From: a virus
Reading direction: 5' to 3' (one strand)
Virus record (IMG/VR): IMGVR_UViG_3300009149_000011
Span: 64,001 to 128,000 of that record
Length of the DNA: 64,000 bases
The notes beneath the pieces are model-generated. The model worked only from the letters and a program-made list of their open reading frames with translations. It was not told the origin of the DNA and did no database searches. Position numbers and translations under genes: made by a program. Below, in pieces: positions 38,158 to 46,522 of the stretch; the first letter of the stretch is position 1; each line of letters opens with the position of its first letter.

Positions 38158-38185
38158 GTATATAAATATGGAATAATTATAGCAA

Positions 38186-38419
38186 TCAAAACCAAGCTTT
38201 ATAGAAAAAGTCTCTTAGATCTTTTTTTAAAAGAGACGCTAAAACAAAAAATAAAGATGCCCACCCTACAATTGTTAACACTAAAAAATCTTGAATTGTT
38301 TGTGACCAATGCTTGCGACTAAGCTCTCCACCTTTTTTTACATACATAAAACTACTCACTTGTAAAAACGTCCAAGTAACAACTCCTACTCCGAAATGTA
38401 TTTTTGTATCTAGAGTCAT
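38186..38419 (-). CDS. small membrane protein
   Basis: two hydrophobic segments. Confidence 0.5.
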   Translation of the reverse strand: MTLDTKIHFGVGVVTWTFLQVSSFMYVKKGGELSRKHWSQTIQDFLVLTIVGWASLFFVLASLLKKDLRDFFYKAWF

Positions 38420-38913
38420 TTTTTCTTAATTATAGTATCAGCATAACAACATAGGTCCAGAGTCTTAACCTGAGTCATTAGATCACTTCTACCTTTTCTT
38501 GAGTACAACTTATACATAGCATCTCTTGCTGAGTCAGCAGTCTCCTTACTTGCGCACTTGTCTGAAACAAGTTGCTGCAAGCTTTCTTTCTTCACAATTA
38601 CCCAGTAATCGATAGTCTCAAAAGCAAAGTAATCAACCTCTGTAGCATAAGCCCATCCAACCTTTCCTTGTACATTCTTTATCTCAATCCAATGAATGTT
38701 CTCATTTGGTTCCTGATCGCTTCTCTGGCTCTTCTTAAGACCTTTGACATCTATCTTCAACTCAGACACTATCTTTATGTCCCAGTGCTCTCTCATGTCC
38801 TGTGAAGGCGTTGCTTCATCTACTTTGGCCCCATTCTTTTCCAGCAACTGTATTAAATCAGCTTCCTTCACTTTCCCTTTCTTGAGAAATTCTTGTATTG
38901 TATTCTGTATCAT
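38416..38913 (-). CDS. PD-(D/E)XK nuclease-like protein
   Basis: G..KE, HWD, IDVKG, WIEIKNVQGKVGW. Confidence 0.6.
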   Translation of the reverse strand: MIQNTIQEFLKKGKVKEADLIQLLEKNGAKVDEATPSQDMREHWDIKIVSELKIDVKGLKKSQRSDQEPNENIHWIEIKNVQGKVGWAYATEVDYFAFETIDYWVIVKKESLQQLVSDKCASKETADSARDAMYKLYSRKGRSDLMTQVKTLDLCCYADTIIKKK

Positions 38914-38922
38914 TTTTTTATA

Positions 38923-40404
38923 TTAAATATCATACATCATAAAGTATAGCGAGTGCTTACTTCTCGTTACAGCAACGTAATGTATTCTTTGAGCCTCTTG
39001 ATCATCTGGATCATTCATAAGGAATGAAGCTCTCTCCAACTGCTTATTAGTCATGTTGTCATAAACATCATTATCCTGAAGAGTTTCTTCTGAAATTGAA
39101 TTTACCACAATGCATGTATCATATTCTCTACCTTTACTTTTATGTATAGAAGTAAAATACTTTCTACTTCCCTCGTTTGCCTTTATAAATGAAATTACAT
39201 TAGCTTCAGCTCCACCGAAATACTTTTTAACTCGATCGAGCTTTGCCTTAGTTCTTGGGTTTTTATCCTTTTGATAAGCTTTCAGCTCAGATGGGGTAAT
39301 GTAATTAAAATACTTGATTGGTATTTGTCTCTGTAGGAATTCTCTCTCCAATCTTCTGATTGTAGCATTTGTTCTAACCAAGCCAACAACCTCACCTTGC
39401 CCTTTAAACATATCGACCAAATCATCAAGAGTGAATATTATCCCATGATTCACATCTCCATGTTTATCGCTATTTGCTGTAGCTTCTAAATCAGTATATT
39501 TATTTGAATTTTCTACAATAGATTGATCGCTCCTAAAGTTTATTGTGAGGTTCATTCTCTCCACAGTCCTACGCTTTTCAAGCATAGCTTCTATCTTCTC
39601 ACAATTAGCTCCAGAGTAGCCATATATACTTTGAGCCGCATCTCCAACTAAATAGTAATATTTAGCGTTTAGAGAAAGTAATGTTTCCATTTGAATAGCG
39701 CTTGTATCTTGGTACTCATCTACAAAAATGTAATCATAACTACCTTTGAATACTTTCAAGTATCTGTCTTCTCTAAATAGGTCACGTACTTCAATAAGCA
39801 TATCAGAGAAATCTCTCGCCTTCTTTTCATAAAGGAATGACTTATATTCACTCCAGTATTTAGGAGCATGAGTTTTGACTCCTACAGCGTTTTGCAATTT
39901 ATAGGCCCCAATTTGAGATGAGTAATATTCACCTTCTGAATAAAGATCGTTAATCAACGCTTCAAACTCATGACTCTCCGAAGGGGTTGCGTACCTACTT
40001 GGTCTATACTTACCTCTGTACCAATCGATAAATTCATAGAATGTTGCTACATTCTTGTATTTATTCAGCCTCCCTAACACGCTCATACAATAAGCATGTA
40101 TGGTGGTGATTTTAATATCATCATTACCAACACGCTTTTGTAATTCTTCTACAGCAGTCTTAGTAAAAGAAAAGAAGATAATCTTTTTGGGATCTACACC
40201 TCTCTTAAGCAACTCCTTCAATCTATGAACACATGAATGTGTCTTTCCTGAGCCAGCTGTTGCTTTAAGTAGTATAGAGTCTTCCCCATCATAGAAGACA
40301 TATTCCCCTTGTTCATCAGTAAGACCATGAGACTTCTTTTGTTCCACGGCTCCGAATAGGCTAATCTGATTTTCACTTGCTACTTCTTTTACTTTTTTTG
40401 CCAT
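38923..40404 (-). CDS. UvrD/Rep SF1 helicase
   Basis: ATAGSGKT, FVDEYQD, VGDAAQSIYGY, NFRS, SIHKSKGREY, YVAVTR. Confidence 0.92.
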   Translation of the reverse strand: MAKKVKEVASENQISLFGAVEQKKSHGLTDEQGEYVFYDGEDSILLKATAGSGKTHSCVHRLKELLKRGVDPKKIIFFSFTKTAVEELQKRVGNDDIKITTIHAYCMSVLGRLNKYKNVATFYEFIDWYRGKYRPSRYATPSESHEFEALINDLYSEGEYYSSQIGAYKLQNAVGVKTHAPKYWSEYKSFLYEKKARDFSDMLIEVRDLFREDRYLKVFKGSYDYIFVDEYQDTSAIQMETLLSLNAKYYYLVGDAAQSIYGYSGANCEKIEAMLEKRRTVERMNLTINFRSDQSIVENSNKYTDLEATANSDKHGDVNHGIIFTLDDLVDMFKGQGEVVGLVRTNATIRRLEREFLQRQIPIKYFNYITPSELKAYQKDKNPRTKAKLDRVKKYFGGAEANVISFIKANEGSRKYFTSIHKSKGREYDTCIVVNSISEETLQDNDVYDNMTNKQLERASFLMNDPDDQEAQRIHYVAVTRSKHSLYFMMYDI

Positions 40405-40409
40405 CTAAT

Positions 40410-41231
40410 TTAAGCGATTTGAGTGTTTGAGTTTGCTTCTGATACCAATTTCTCAATTATCTGCCTAACATCTTCCTCAAGCTTATCTGCTGAATGTAAT
40501 AACCAGCTTTGATAACTCTTATCTCCTTCAAGCGATTCAACAATAGACTTACCTTTATATTTACCAAAATTAAAAGTAGGAACACCTTGTGCGTTAAGAT
40601 AAATCTTACCCTCAAGGTCCATGTTAGTTTTTCTATTGTTACAAAGCTTTCCAAGCGAATGGATGTCTGCTGTTACTTTTCCGCCATTGTCCAACACTTC
40701 TCCCTTATGTGTGTTAATTAATGCGTTTAACAGAGCGATATTTGTAGTTATTGTATCTTGAGAGGTAGGCTGCTCTGGATGAAATTTACCCAAATATTTT
40801 CTAGAAACCGCCTTTAAACTTCTTGGTTCTATCTTTTGATGCAACTGCATCAAGTCAACAATGTTTCGATCGTAAGTTAAAAATGATAATCCTGACCTAC
40901 TGAATTCATGAGTTAAGAATTTCAAATCGAAATCTTTAATTGAGAATCCAATAAAATCACAGCCCTCAAAGAAGGCTAGTAACCCTTTAGCTTTTGCTTC
41001 AAAGGTTGGAGCATTTTTAACATGTTCGTTTGTTATGCCATTTATGGCAGTTGAAGCCTCTGATATGTCAATACCAGGGTTAATCTTTGTTATGGCTACA
41101 ATTTCTTTTTCCTCCCCAGGAAACCTCTTTACAACCGCAATTTCTATAATCCTATCTTCTTTAGGATTAAGGCCAGTCGTTTGTATTTTTACAAAGCATA
41201 CAGGTCTTTCAAGTTCTGTTGATAATTTCAT
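40410..41231 (-). CDS. DnaQ/epsilon-like exonuclease with degenerate catalytic residues
   Basis: VKIQTTG..DRIIEIA, INPG..I, FD; C-terminal FNFGKYKG. Confidence 0.75.
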   Translation of the reverse strand: MKLSTELERPVCFVKIQTTGLNPKEDRIIEIAVVKRFPGEEKEIVAITKINPGIDISEASTAINGITNEHVKNAPTFEAKAKGLLAFFEGCDFIGFSIKDFDLKFLTHEFSRSGLSFLTYDRNIVDLMQLHQKIEPRSLKAVSRKYLGKFHPEQPTSQDTITTNIALLNALINTHKGEVLDNGGKVTADIHSLGKLCNNRKTNMDLEGKIYLNAQGVPTFNFGKYKGKSIVESLEGDKSYQSWLLHSADKLEEDVRQIIEKLVSEANSNTQIA

Positions 41232-41278
41232 TATAATTAGATTTATACTTATTTACTTCAACAGTAAAGTTATAAGCT

Positions 41279-41593
41279 TTATATCCAATCTCCAAGAACT
41301 TTTCCTTTTATTTTGCTTAAATCTTGCGTGGAGAATGTTTTAGTTACATTCTCTATAAAATCAAATTCATTAGGATTAACCCAAAAAACAACTCCAGACA
41401 TTTCACCGTCTGAGTTCAAAGTTTCAACCTGATGATCCGATCCATCAACTGAAAGCACCATTAATCTAGCGCCTGAATCAATAACATAACCATCCTTCAT
41501 TTCCTTAGAAATGGAAAGCGAGCAGAGAGACACTTGTAGCTCTTGCTCGCTTTCTATGACAGCATTAAAATCAAATTTAATTAATTGAATCAT
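41279..41593 (-). CDS. hypothetical protein
   Basis: ORF track. Confidence 0.55.
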   Translation of the reverse strand: MIQLIKFDFNAVIESEQELQVSLCSLSISKEMKDGYVIDSGARLMVLSVDGSDHQVETLNSDGEMSGVVFWVNPNEFDFIENVTKTFSTQDLSKIKGKVLGDWI

Positions 41594-42434
41594 TTAGATA
41601 TTCTTTTAATCTAGAGCTTTTCCCATGACTTCTAAGCTTCCTTTTGGCCAATTCTTTAATTTGCCTAACTCGCTCATTAGTTAAGCTTAATACGTCACCA
41701 ATCTCTCTTAAAGTTTTTGGCTCATTACCATTTAACCCATAGTACATACTAAGAATATCGGCTTCTCTTTCTGAAAGTTGTTTAAATATACTATTTATCT
41801 CTGTAGCTAAAGATTCTCTGTTGATAGCGTTCTCCATCTGATCATAAGAATCATTTTGCAAAAAATCTACTAAAGAATATTCTGAATCTTCAGAAACTTT
41901 ATTTTCCAAAGAAACGCTTTTGTTTACATCTGGACTTGAGGATATTACCTCACTCTCTTCTATGCAGGCTTTGTCAATCATCTCTTCCAATGTAGGCTCT
42001 CGACTTAGTTCCTGAACCAGTTTTTCTCTGGCTTTGTTTAATTTGTTTTGCGCGTTTATCTTATTAACGGGCAGTCTAACAGTTTCAGTGTTGTCGTATA
42101 TTGACGCCATTATAGCTTGTCTTATCCACCATACTGCATAAGATAAAAATCTTATATTCTTAGATGCGTCAAACTTATTTATAGCCCTAATCATCCCTAT
42201 ATTACCTTCATTTATCAGGTCGTTAAGTTCCAATCTATCATTTCTGTACTCTTTAGCTACAGATACAATAAACCTTTGATTGCACTCAATAAGTTTTTCT
42301 CTTGCAATTTCGTCACCATTTTGAGCTAGAACTGCAAGTTCTATTTGCTTATTTGCACTCAATTGGTCAAATTTTCTAATTTCTCTAAAATAATTTTTTC
42401 TAGAAAAAGAATCTTCTTGATCGTTTCTTTCCAT
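41577..42434 (-). CDS. RNA polymerase sigma70 factor (RpoD-like, no region 1.1)
   Basis: DLINEGNIG, KFD..RFLSYAVWWIRQAI, VRLPVN, TLREIG..LTNERVRQI. Confidence 0.93.
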   Translation of the reverse strand: MERNDQEDSFSRKNYFREIRKFDQLSANKQIELAVLAQNGDEIAREKLIECNQRFIVSVAKEYRNDRLELNDLINEGNIGMIRAINKFDASKNIRFLSYAVWWIRQAIMASIYDNTETVRLPVNKINAQNKLNKAREKLVQELSREPTLEEMIDKACIEESEVISSSPDVNKSVSLENKVSEDSEYSLVDFLQNDSYDQMENAINRESLATEINSIFKQLSEREADILSMYYGLNGNEPKTLREIGDVLSLTNERVRQIKELAKRKLRSHGKSSRLKEYLNDSIN

Positions 42435-42472
42435 TTTCGCTTAATTCACTTTTTTTTAGCCCTCTGGGAGGC

Positions 42473-42796
42473 TTACTTGTCCCATTCAAGTTGAGTGAAA
42501 AAACTCTTCAACTTCTCAAATTCCTCTTTTGTGTTCACCACTTTAATAGCATACTGATTCGGTCGTGACGGATCAGTTATATTGTGTCCACTAAGTTCAA
42601 TTTTTAGAAACCTTTCTTCTTTTCCCTTTTGCCTAACATATACTAAATCCATTTCAATAAGTGAGTCGTTTTGATCTTCATCATTCCCCACACTTACAAA
42701 TGTACTCATAGAAGCCTTATTGTTAGCAGTCATTATAGACTGCGTAACATCAGCTTTTTTATTACTGGCTACTGGTTGTTCTTTCACTTCTCCCAT
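42473..42796 (-). CDS. hypothetical protein
   Basis: ORF track; TAGATTTG upstream. Confidence 0.55.
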   Translation of the reverse strand: MGEVKEQPVASNKKADVTQSIMTANNKASMSTFVSVGNDEDQNDSLIEMDLVYVRQKGKEERFLKIELSGHNITDPSRPNQYAIKVVNTKEEFEKLKSFFTQLEWDK

Positions 42797-42927
42797 TGTG
42801 ATAATACTTTAACTTATTTCTTTCATAACAAATCTACTAAAAAATATCAAGAAAATCAAGTAAAAAGTGAAAAGAAAATAGGGGGCGAAATACCCCCTTT
42901 AATACTGTTTAATGAGCTAAAAGTCAG

Positions 42928-43326
42928 TTATTTAACTTTGATACTAAAGCTCTTCTTCTTGCCTTCTTCAGTCTTGGGGATAACAACCTTTAAAACACCG
43001 TCTTTATAAGATGCGTCAATGCTTTCTATATCAAATCTCCTAGACAGTTTAAACGTCTTTTTAAACGGTTGGATTGGTTGCTTTTTCTTGTGATACTTAT
43101 ATCCTTCTTCAGATTTAACTGCATCCCCTTCATATGAAACAATAAATAGATCTCCATCGATTTTAATATCGAAGTCACTCTTTTTAGCTCCAGATAAATA
43201 TAAATCTAATCTATACTCATTATCACTTTCTAGTATGTCATATTGAGAATATGATTCATGCTCTAAAACCGTGTTAAAGATGTCTCCAAAAATTTCATTC
43301 AATTCTTTGTTAAATGTGCTTTTCAT
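42928..43326 (-). CDS. Hsp20/alpha-crystallin small heat-shock protein
   Basis: FKKTFKL...IDASYKDGVLKVVIPK. Confidence 0.9.
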   Translation of the reverse strand: MKSTFNKELNEIFGDIFNTVLEHESYSQYDILESDNEYRLDLYLSGAKKSDFDIKIDGDLFIVSYEGDAVKSEEGYKYHKKKQPIQPFKKTFKLSRRFDIESIDASYKDGVLKVVIPKTEEGKKKSFSIKVK

Positions 43327-43463
43327 GTTTTTTGATTTATGCTTTAAACTATAGCTCTAGTATAGTCCAAATTCGTACCAATATAGAAAATGCTAAAATC
43401 CCTGACAGAATTTCCTTTTTTCTTCAATAACAATAAAATAAATAAGACAATTTGTCGTATATG

Positions 43464-43859
43464 CTAGAATCTATCCTCGTACTTAAGAATTTTCTGCATT
43501 TTAACTGGTGTAAGCTCCAATCCTTCTCCGCCACTTAATTTAATGTGGAAATCCTTGGAAATTGCATACTTAAGAAGGTCAAAATTCAACCTAGTACCAT
43601 CAACGTCAAACCCTCTTTCTGAAAATGTAACAGAATAAGGATTGTCAGTATCTTTGTCGAATATAACCCTAGCTTTCTTCTTAGGTTTCTCAGAGACTGG
43701 CTCTTGAGATGGTGCTGGAGATTGAGCTACAGCTCTCATAGCCTTTTGTTCTATACCTGGAACAGAAGAAGGGTCTATACCTTGCTCTTCTAGCAAGGAA
43801 TAAAGCTCTGTCTTTATAATTTCCTGTAACTGATTTGGTTGTGTTTTACCTGCTCCCAT
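43464..43859 (-). CDS. hypothetical protein with LQEIIKTEL motif
   Basis: ORF track; CTATTTATA upstream. Confidence 0.65.
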   Translation of the reverse strand: MGAGKTQPNQLQEIIKTELYSLLEEQGIDPSSVPGIEQKAMRAVAQSPAPSQEPVSEKPKKKARVIFDKDTDNPYSVTFSERGFDVDGTRLNFDLLKYAISKDFHIKLSGGEGLELTPVKMQKILKYEDRF

Positions 43860-43922
43860 AAATAGACTATTTCATATAAATAGGTGTTTTTTTTAAAAAG
43901 CAGACCCTTTTAATGGCCTACT

Positions 43923-44117
43923 TTATTGCATTTCTTGCTTCTTTTTCGCTATGATAGCTTCGAATTTACTTTTGAACTCTGCTTCTAATTTTGCTTTTTT
44001 AGCTTTTAATTTAGCGGTTCTTTCAATGCTTCTCTTAGCGCTAGTGCTAGCTCTTTTTGCTGATTTCTTAGCTCTATTTTTAGCTTGAGCCTTTTTGTTC
44101 TTATTTGATTTTTTCAT
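43923..44117 (-). CDS. small Lys/Ala-rich basic protein
   Basis: composition. Confidence 0.55.
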   Translation of the reverse strand: MKKSNKNKKAQAKNRAKKSAKRASTSAKRSIERTAKLKAKKAKLEAEFKSKFEAIIAKKKQEMQ

Positions 44118-44391
44118 TTTCGCTTTGTTTTTCTGCTGCTTGTAAAACTTTATTTAACCTTTCCATTGAAGTGTTGAAAATCTCCTTAGATTCTTCATCT
44201 GTAACTAAAACTGGATTAATGCACTCTATTTTCGAGTTATTTCCACTTATTGGGACAAAGAATGCTACGGCGCCATTATCTGTAAAAAGTTGCGCATTAG
44301 CCTTTTTAATACTCTCTACATGAGCTGGGATATCATTCTGGTCCATATCACCAACGCCAACATAAAAACAAATAATTAACTGATTCTTCAT
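44101..44391 (-). CDS. hypothetical protein
   Basis: ORF track. Confidence 0.6.
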   Translation of the reverse strand: MKNQLIICFYVGVGDMDQNDIPAHVESIKKANAQLFTDNGAVAFFVPISGNNSKIECINPVLVTDEESKEIFNTSMERLNKVLQAAEKQSENEKIK

Positions 44392-44494
44392 AAATTATAT
44401 TTTTAAAAAACTTAATCAAAAATTTACATAAAACAAAATAAAAAAGCCTATAACAATTAAGTTATAGGCTTTTTTATTGCATGATTTATATTTA

Positions 44495-45487
44495 TTAAAA
44501 TTCAGCGTCAAAATTAAAGTCGTTCTCACTATCTCTCTTTCCAGCTCTCTTATATTCAGCAACCCTCTTTTCAAAAAAGTTAGTTTTACCCTCTAAAGAA
44601 ATCATATCCATAAAATCAAAAGGGTTAGGCGTGTTATACACTTTTTCGCAACGCAATTCATTTAGCCAGAAATCAGCAACAAACTCAATGTACTCAGACA
44701 TCAACTTTGAATTCATTCCTATTAAGGACACAGGGATTGATTCAGTTATGAACTCCTTCTCAATGTCTACGGCAGATACAATTATTTCAGTGATAGTCTT
44801 TTTATCCACTTTGTTAACCACGTGATCATTATGCAGTAAACATGCAAACTCACAATGCTTCCCTTCATCTCTTGAGATTAGCTCATTAGAGAAAGTAAGC
44901 CCAGGCATTAAACCTCTCTTTTTCAACCAGAACAATGCGCAGAAGCTACCAGAAAAGAAGATTCCTTCTACAGCGCAAAATGCAATCAATCTTTCTTGAA
45001 ATGTTCCGTTATCAATCCATCTTAATGCCCAATCAGCTTTTTTCTTAACACAAGCTATTGTGTCAATAGCGTTAAATAGCCTATCTTTTTCAGCTTCATC
45101 TTTAATGTAAGTGTCTATTAATAATGAATATGTCTCACTATGAACATTCTCCATCATAATTTGGAATCCGTAATAGAATTGAGCTTCAGCGTATTGAACA
45201 TCCGCTAGCATGTTGTTTGCTAGATTTTCGTTAACAATACCGTCTGATGCAGCAAAGAATGCGAGGATGTTTTTAATGAAATGCTTTTCATCATCATTTA
45301 ACTTATTATCCCAATCAGCTAAGTCTGGAGATAAATCTAACTCTTCAGCCGTCCATATCATTTCCTGAGTAACTTTATATTGATTCCAAATATCAGGATG
45401 TTTTATGGGAAAAATAACATATCGATTAGGGTTATCAACCAATATAGGCTCTATTTCTTGCCCCTCTTTCTTTATATCTTCACTCAT
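44495..45487 (-). CDS. nrdB: ribonucleotide reductase class Ia beta subunit
   Basis: [47 protein letters not shown]. Confidence 0.96.
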   Translation of the reverse strand: MSEDIKKEGQEIEPILVDNPNRYVIFPIKHPDIWNQYKVTQEMIWTAEELDLSPDLADWDNKLNDDEKHFIKNILAFFAASDGIVNENLANNMLADVQYAEAQFYYGFQIMMENVHSETYSLLIDTYIKDEAEKDRLFNAIDTIACVKKKADWALRWIDNGTFQERLIAFCAVEGIFFSGSFCALFWLKKRGLMPGLTFSNELISRDEGKHCEFACLLHNDHVVNKVDKKTITEIIVSAVDIEKEFITESIPVSLIGMNSKLMSEYIEFVADFWLNELRCEKVYNTPNPFDFMDMISLEGKTNFFEKRVAEYKRAGKRDSENDFNFDAEF

Positions 45488-45585
45488 ATTATATACTTTT
45501 TAATTTCTTCTAATGGTCGTAAAAATAAAAAACCCTGCTCAATTAAGCAAGGTTTTTCTAAACTTTATTTTCGTTCTAGTAATAA

Positions 45586-45795
45586 TTAAAGTATTTCTGT
45601 AATATCTTTTTCCGAGACGTATCCTCGTTTCCCCACTATAAGGTAATTGTAGATACACCTACCAAATAACCTATCCACATAAGCTCCTGAATTTATCGTG
45701 CCTAAATTTGTAATAGTACCTTCTCCTAGTGGGTGGGTTATTCCATTAACCACCTTTACTTTATGCCCTCTATCAATAGCTTTTTGATCCTTCAT
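45586..45795 (-). CDS. hypothetical protein
   Basis: ORF track. Confidence 0.5.
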   Translation of the reverse strand: MKDQKAIDRGHKVKVVNGITHPLGEGTITNLGTINSGAYVDRLFGRCIYNYLIVGKRGYVSEKDITEIL

Positions 45796-45812
45796 ATTCT
45801 TGTGTTCTTGGT

Positions 45813-46076
45813 CTATGAGGTGATTTTAGGTACAATTACTGAGCATTTATCCGAATTGACAACGAATCCACAAGTATCAAGTTCTGGATTATCTTCCCTA
45901 TAATCCTCAATCTCTTTATGGCCTTTTTTATTGGTTTTTATCACATCTTTATATAAGACTGTAAACGTCTTCTTACCGCCAATCTCACTAACTCTACCAA
46001 TTACTGGTTGAGATGGAGAGTGCATAAAAAACACTTTTGTTCCAACATTTATTTCTACTCCATTAAAATCTTTCAT
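45813..46076 (-). CDS. hypothetical protein
   Basis: ORF track. Confidence 0.55.
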   Translation of the reverse strand: MKDFNGVEINVGTKVFFMHSPSQPVIGRVSEIGGKKTFTVLYKDVIKTNKKGHKEIEDYREDNPELDTCGFVVNSDKCSVIVPKITS

Positions 46077-46087
46077 AATAAATAAAT

Positions 46088-46390
46088 TTAAACTTCATGT
46101 ATAATATATGAACCTTCCTCGATGTGCCCATCATGCAACAAAGTTAGCAATACTTCATATATGCCGCTGACATTGCTATAGTTTCCAGAAGCAATCTCTT
46201 TTGATAACTCTTCTTTATGTTTATATGAGTGAACATCTTCTTTTACAATATCCTCACTTACGGTACCATCTCCATCCCCCTCTTCAATTAGGGACACAGA
46301 TAAATCTCCACCATAAGTTTTGTTCACAAACGACTCAAGCGCATGTGATGATGTTTCTAAAATTACTTTTTTGTTAAATACACTTTCCAT
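46088..46390 (-). CDS. hypothetical protein
   Basis: ORF track; GCAAC-N16-CGTT upstream. Confidence 0.55.
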   Translation of the reverse strand: MESVFNKKVILETSSHALESFVNKTYGGDLSVSLIEEGDGDGTVSEDIVKEDVHSYKHKEELSKEIASGNYSNVSGIYEVLLTLLHDGHIEEGSYIIHEV

Positions 46391-46522
46391 ATCATGATTA
46401 TTAAGTTATAAATTATACCTCTGATAACTTAAACGTAAATTTATAAAATTTGTTGCATAAAAAAAAACCATACTATTAATAATAGTATGGAATTCCTAAA
46501 ACGACAACTATAAGCTAATTAG

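Noticed and set aside
3566-43883. T4 late promoter TATAAATA
   Set aside because: Relative to the adjacent genes the motif reads TATTTATA on the coding strand, i.e. opposite orientation, so it is treated as a distinct motif.
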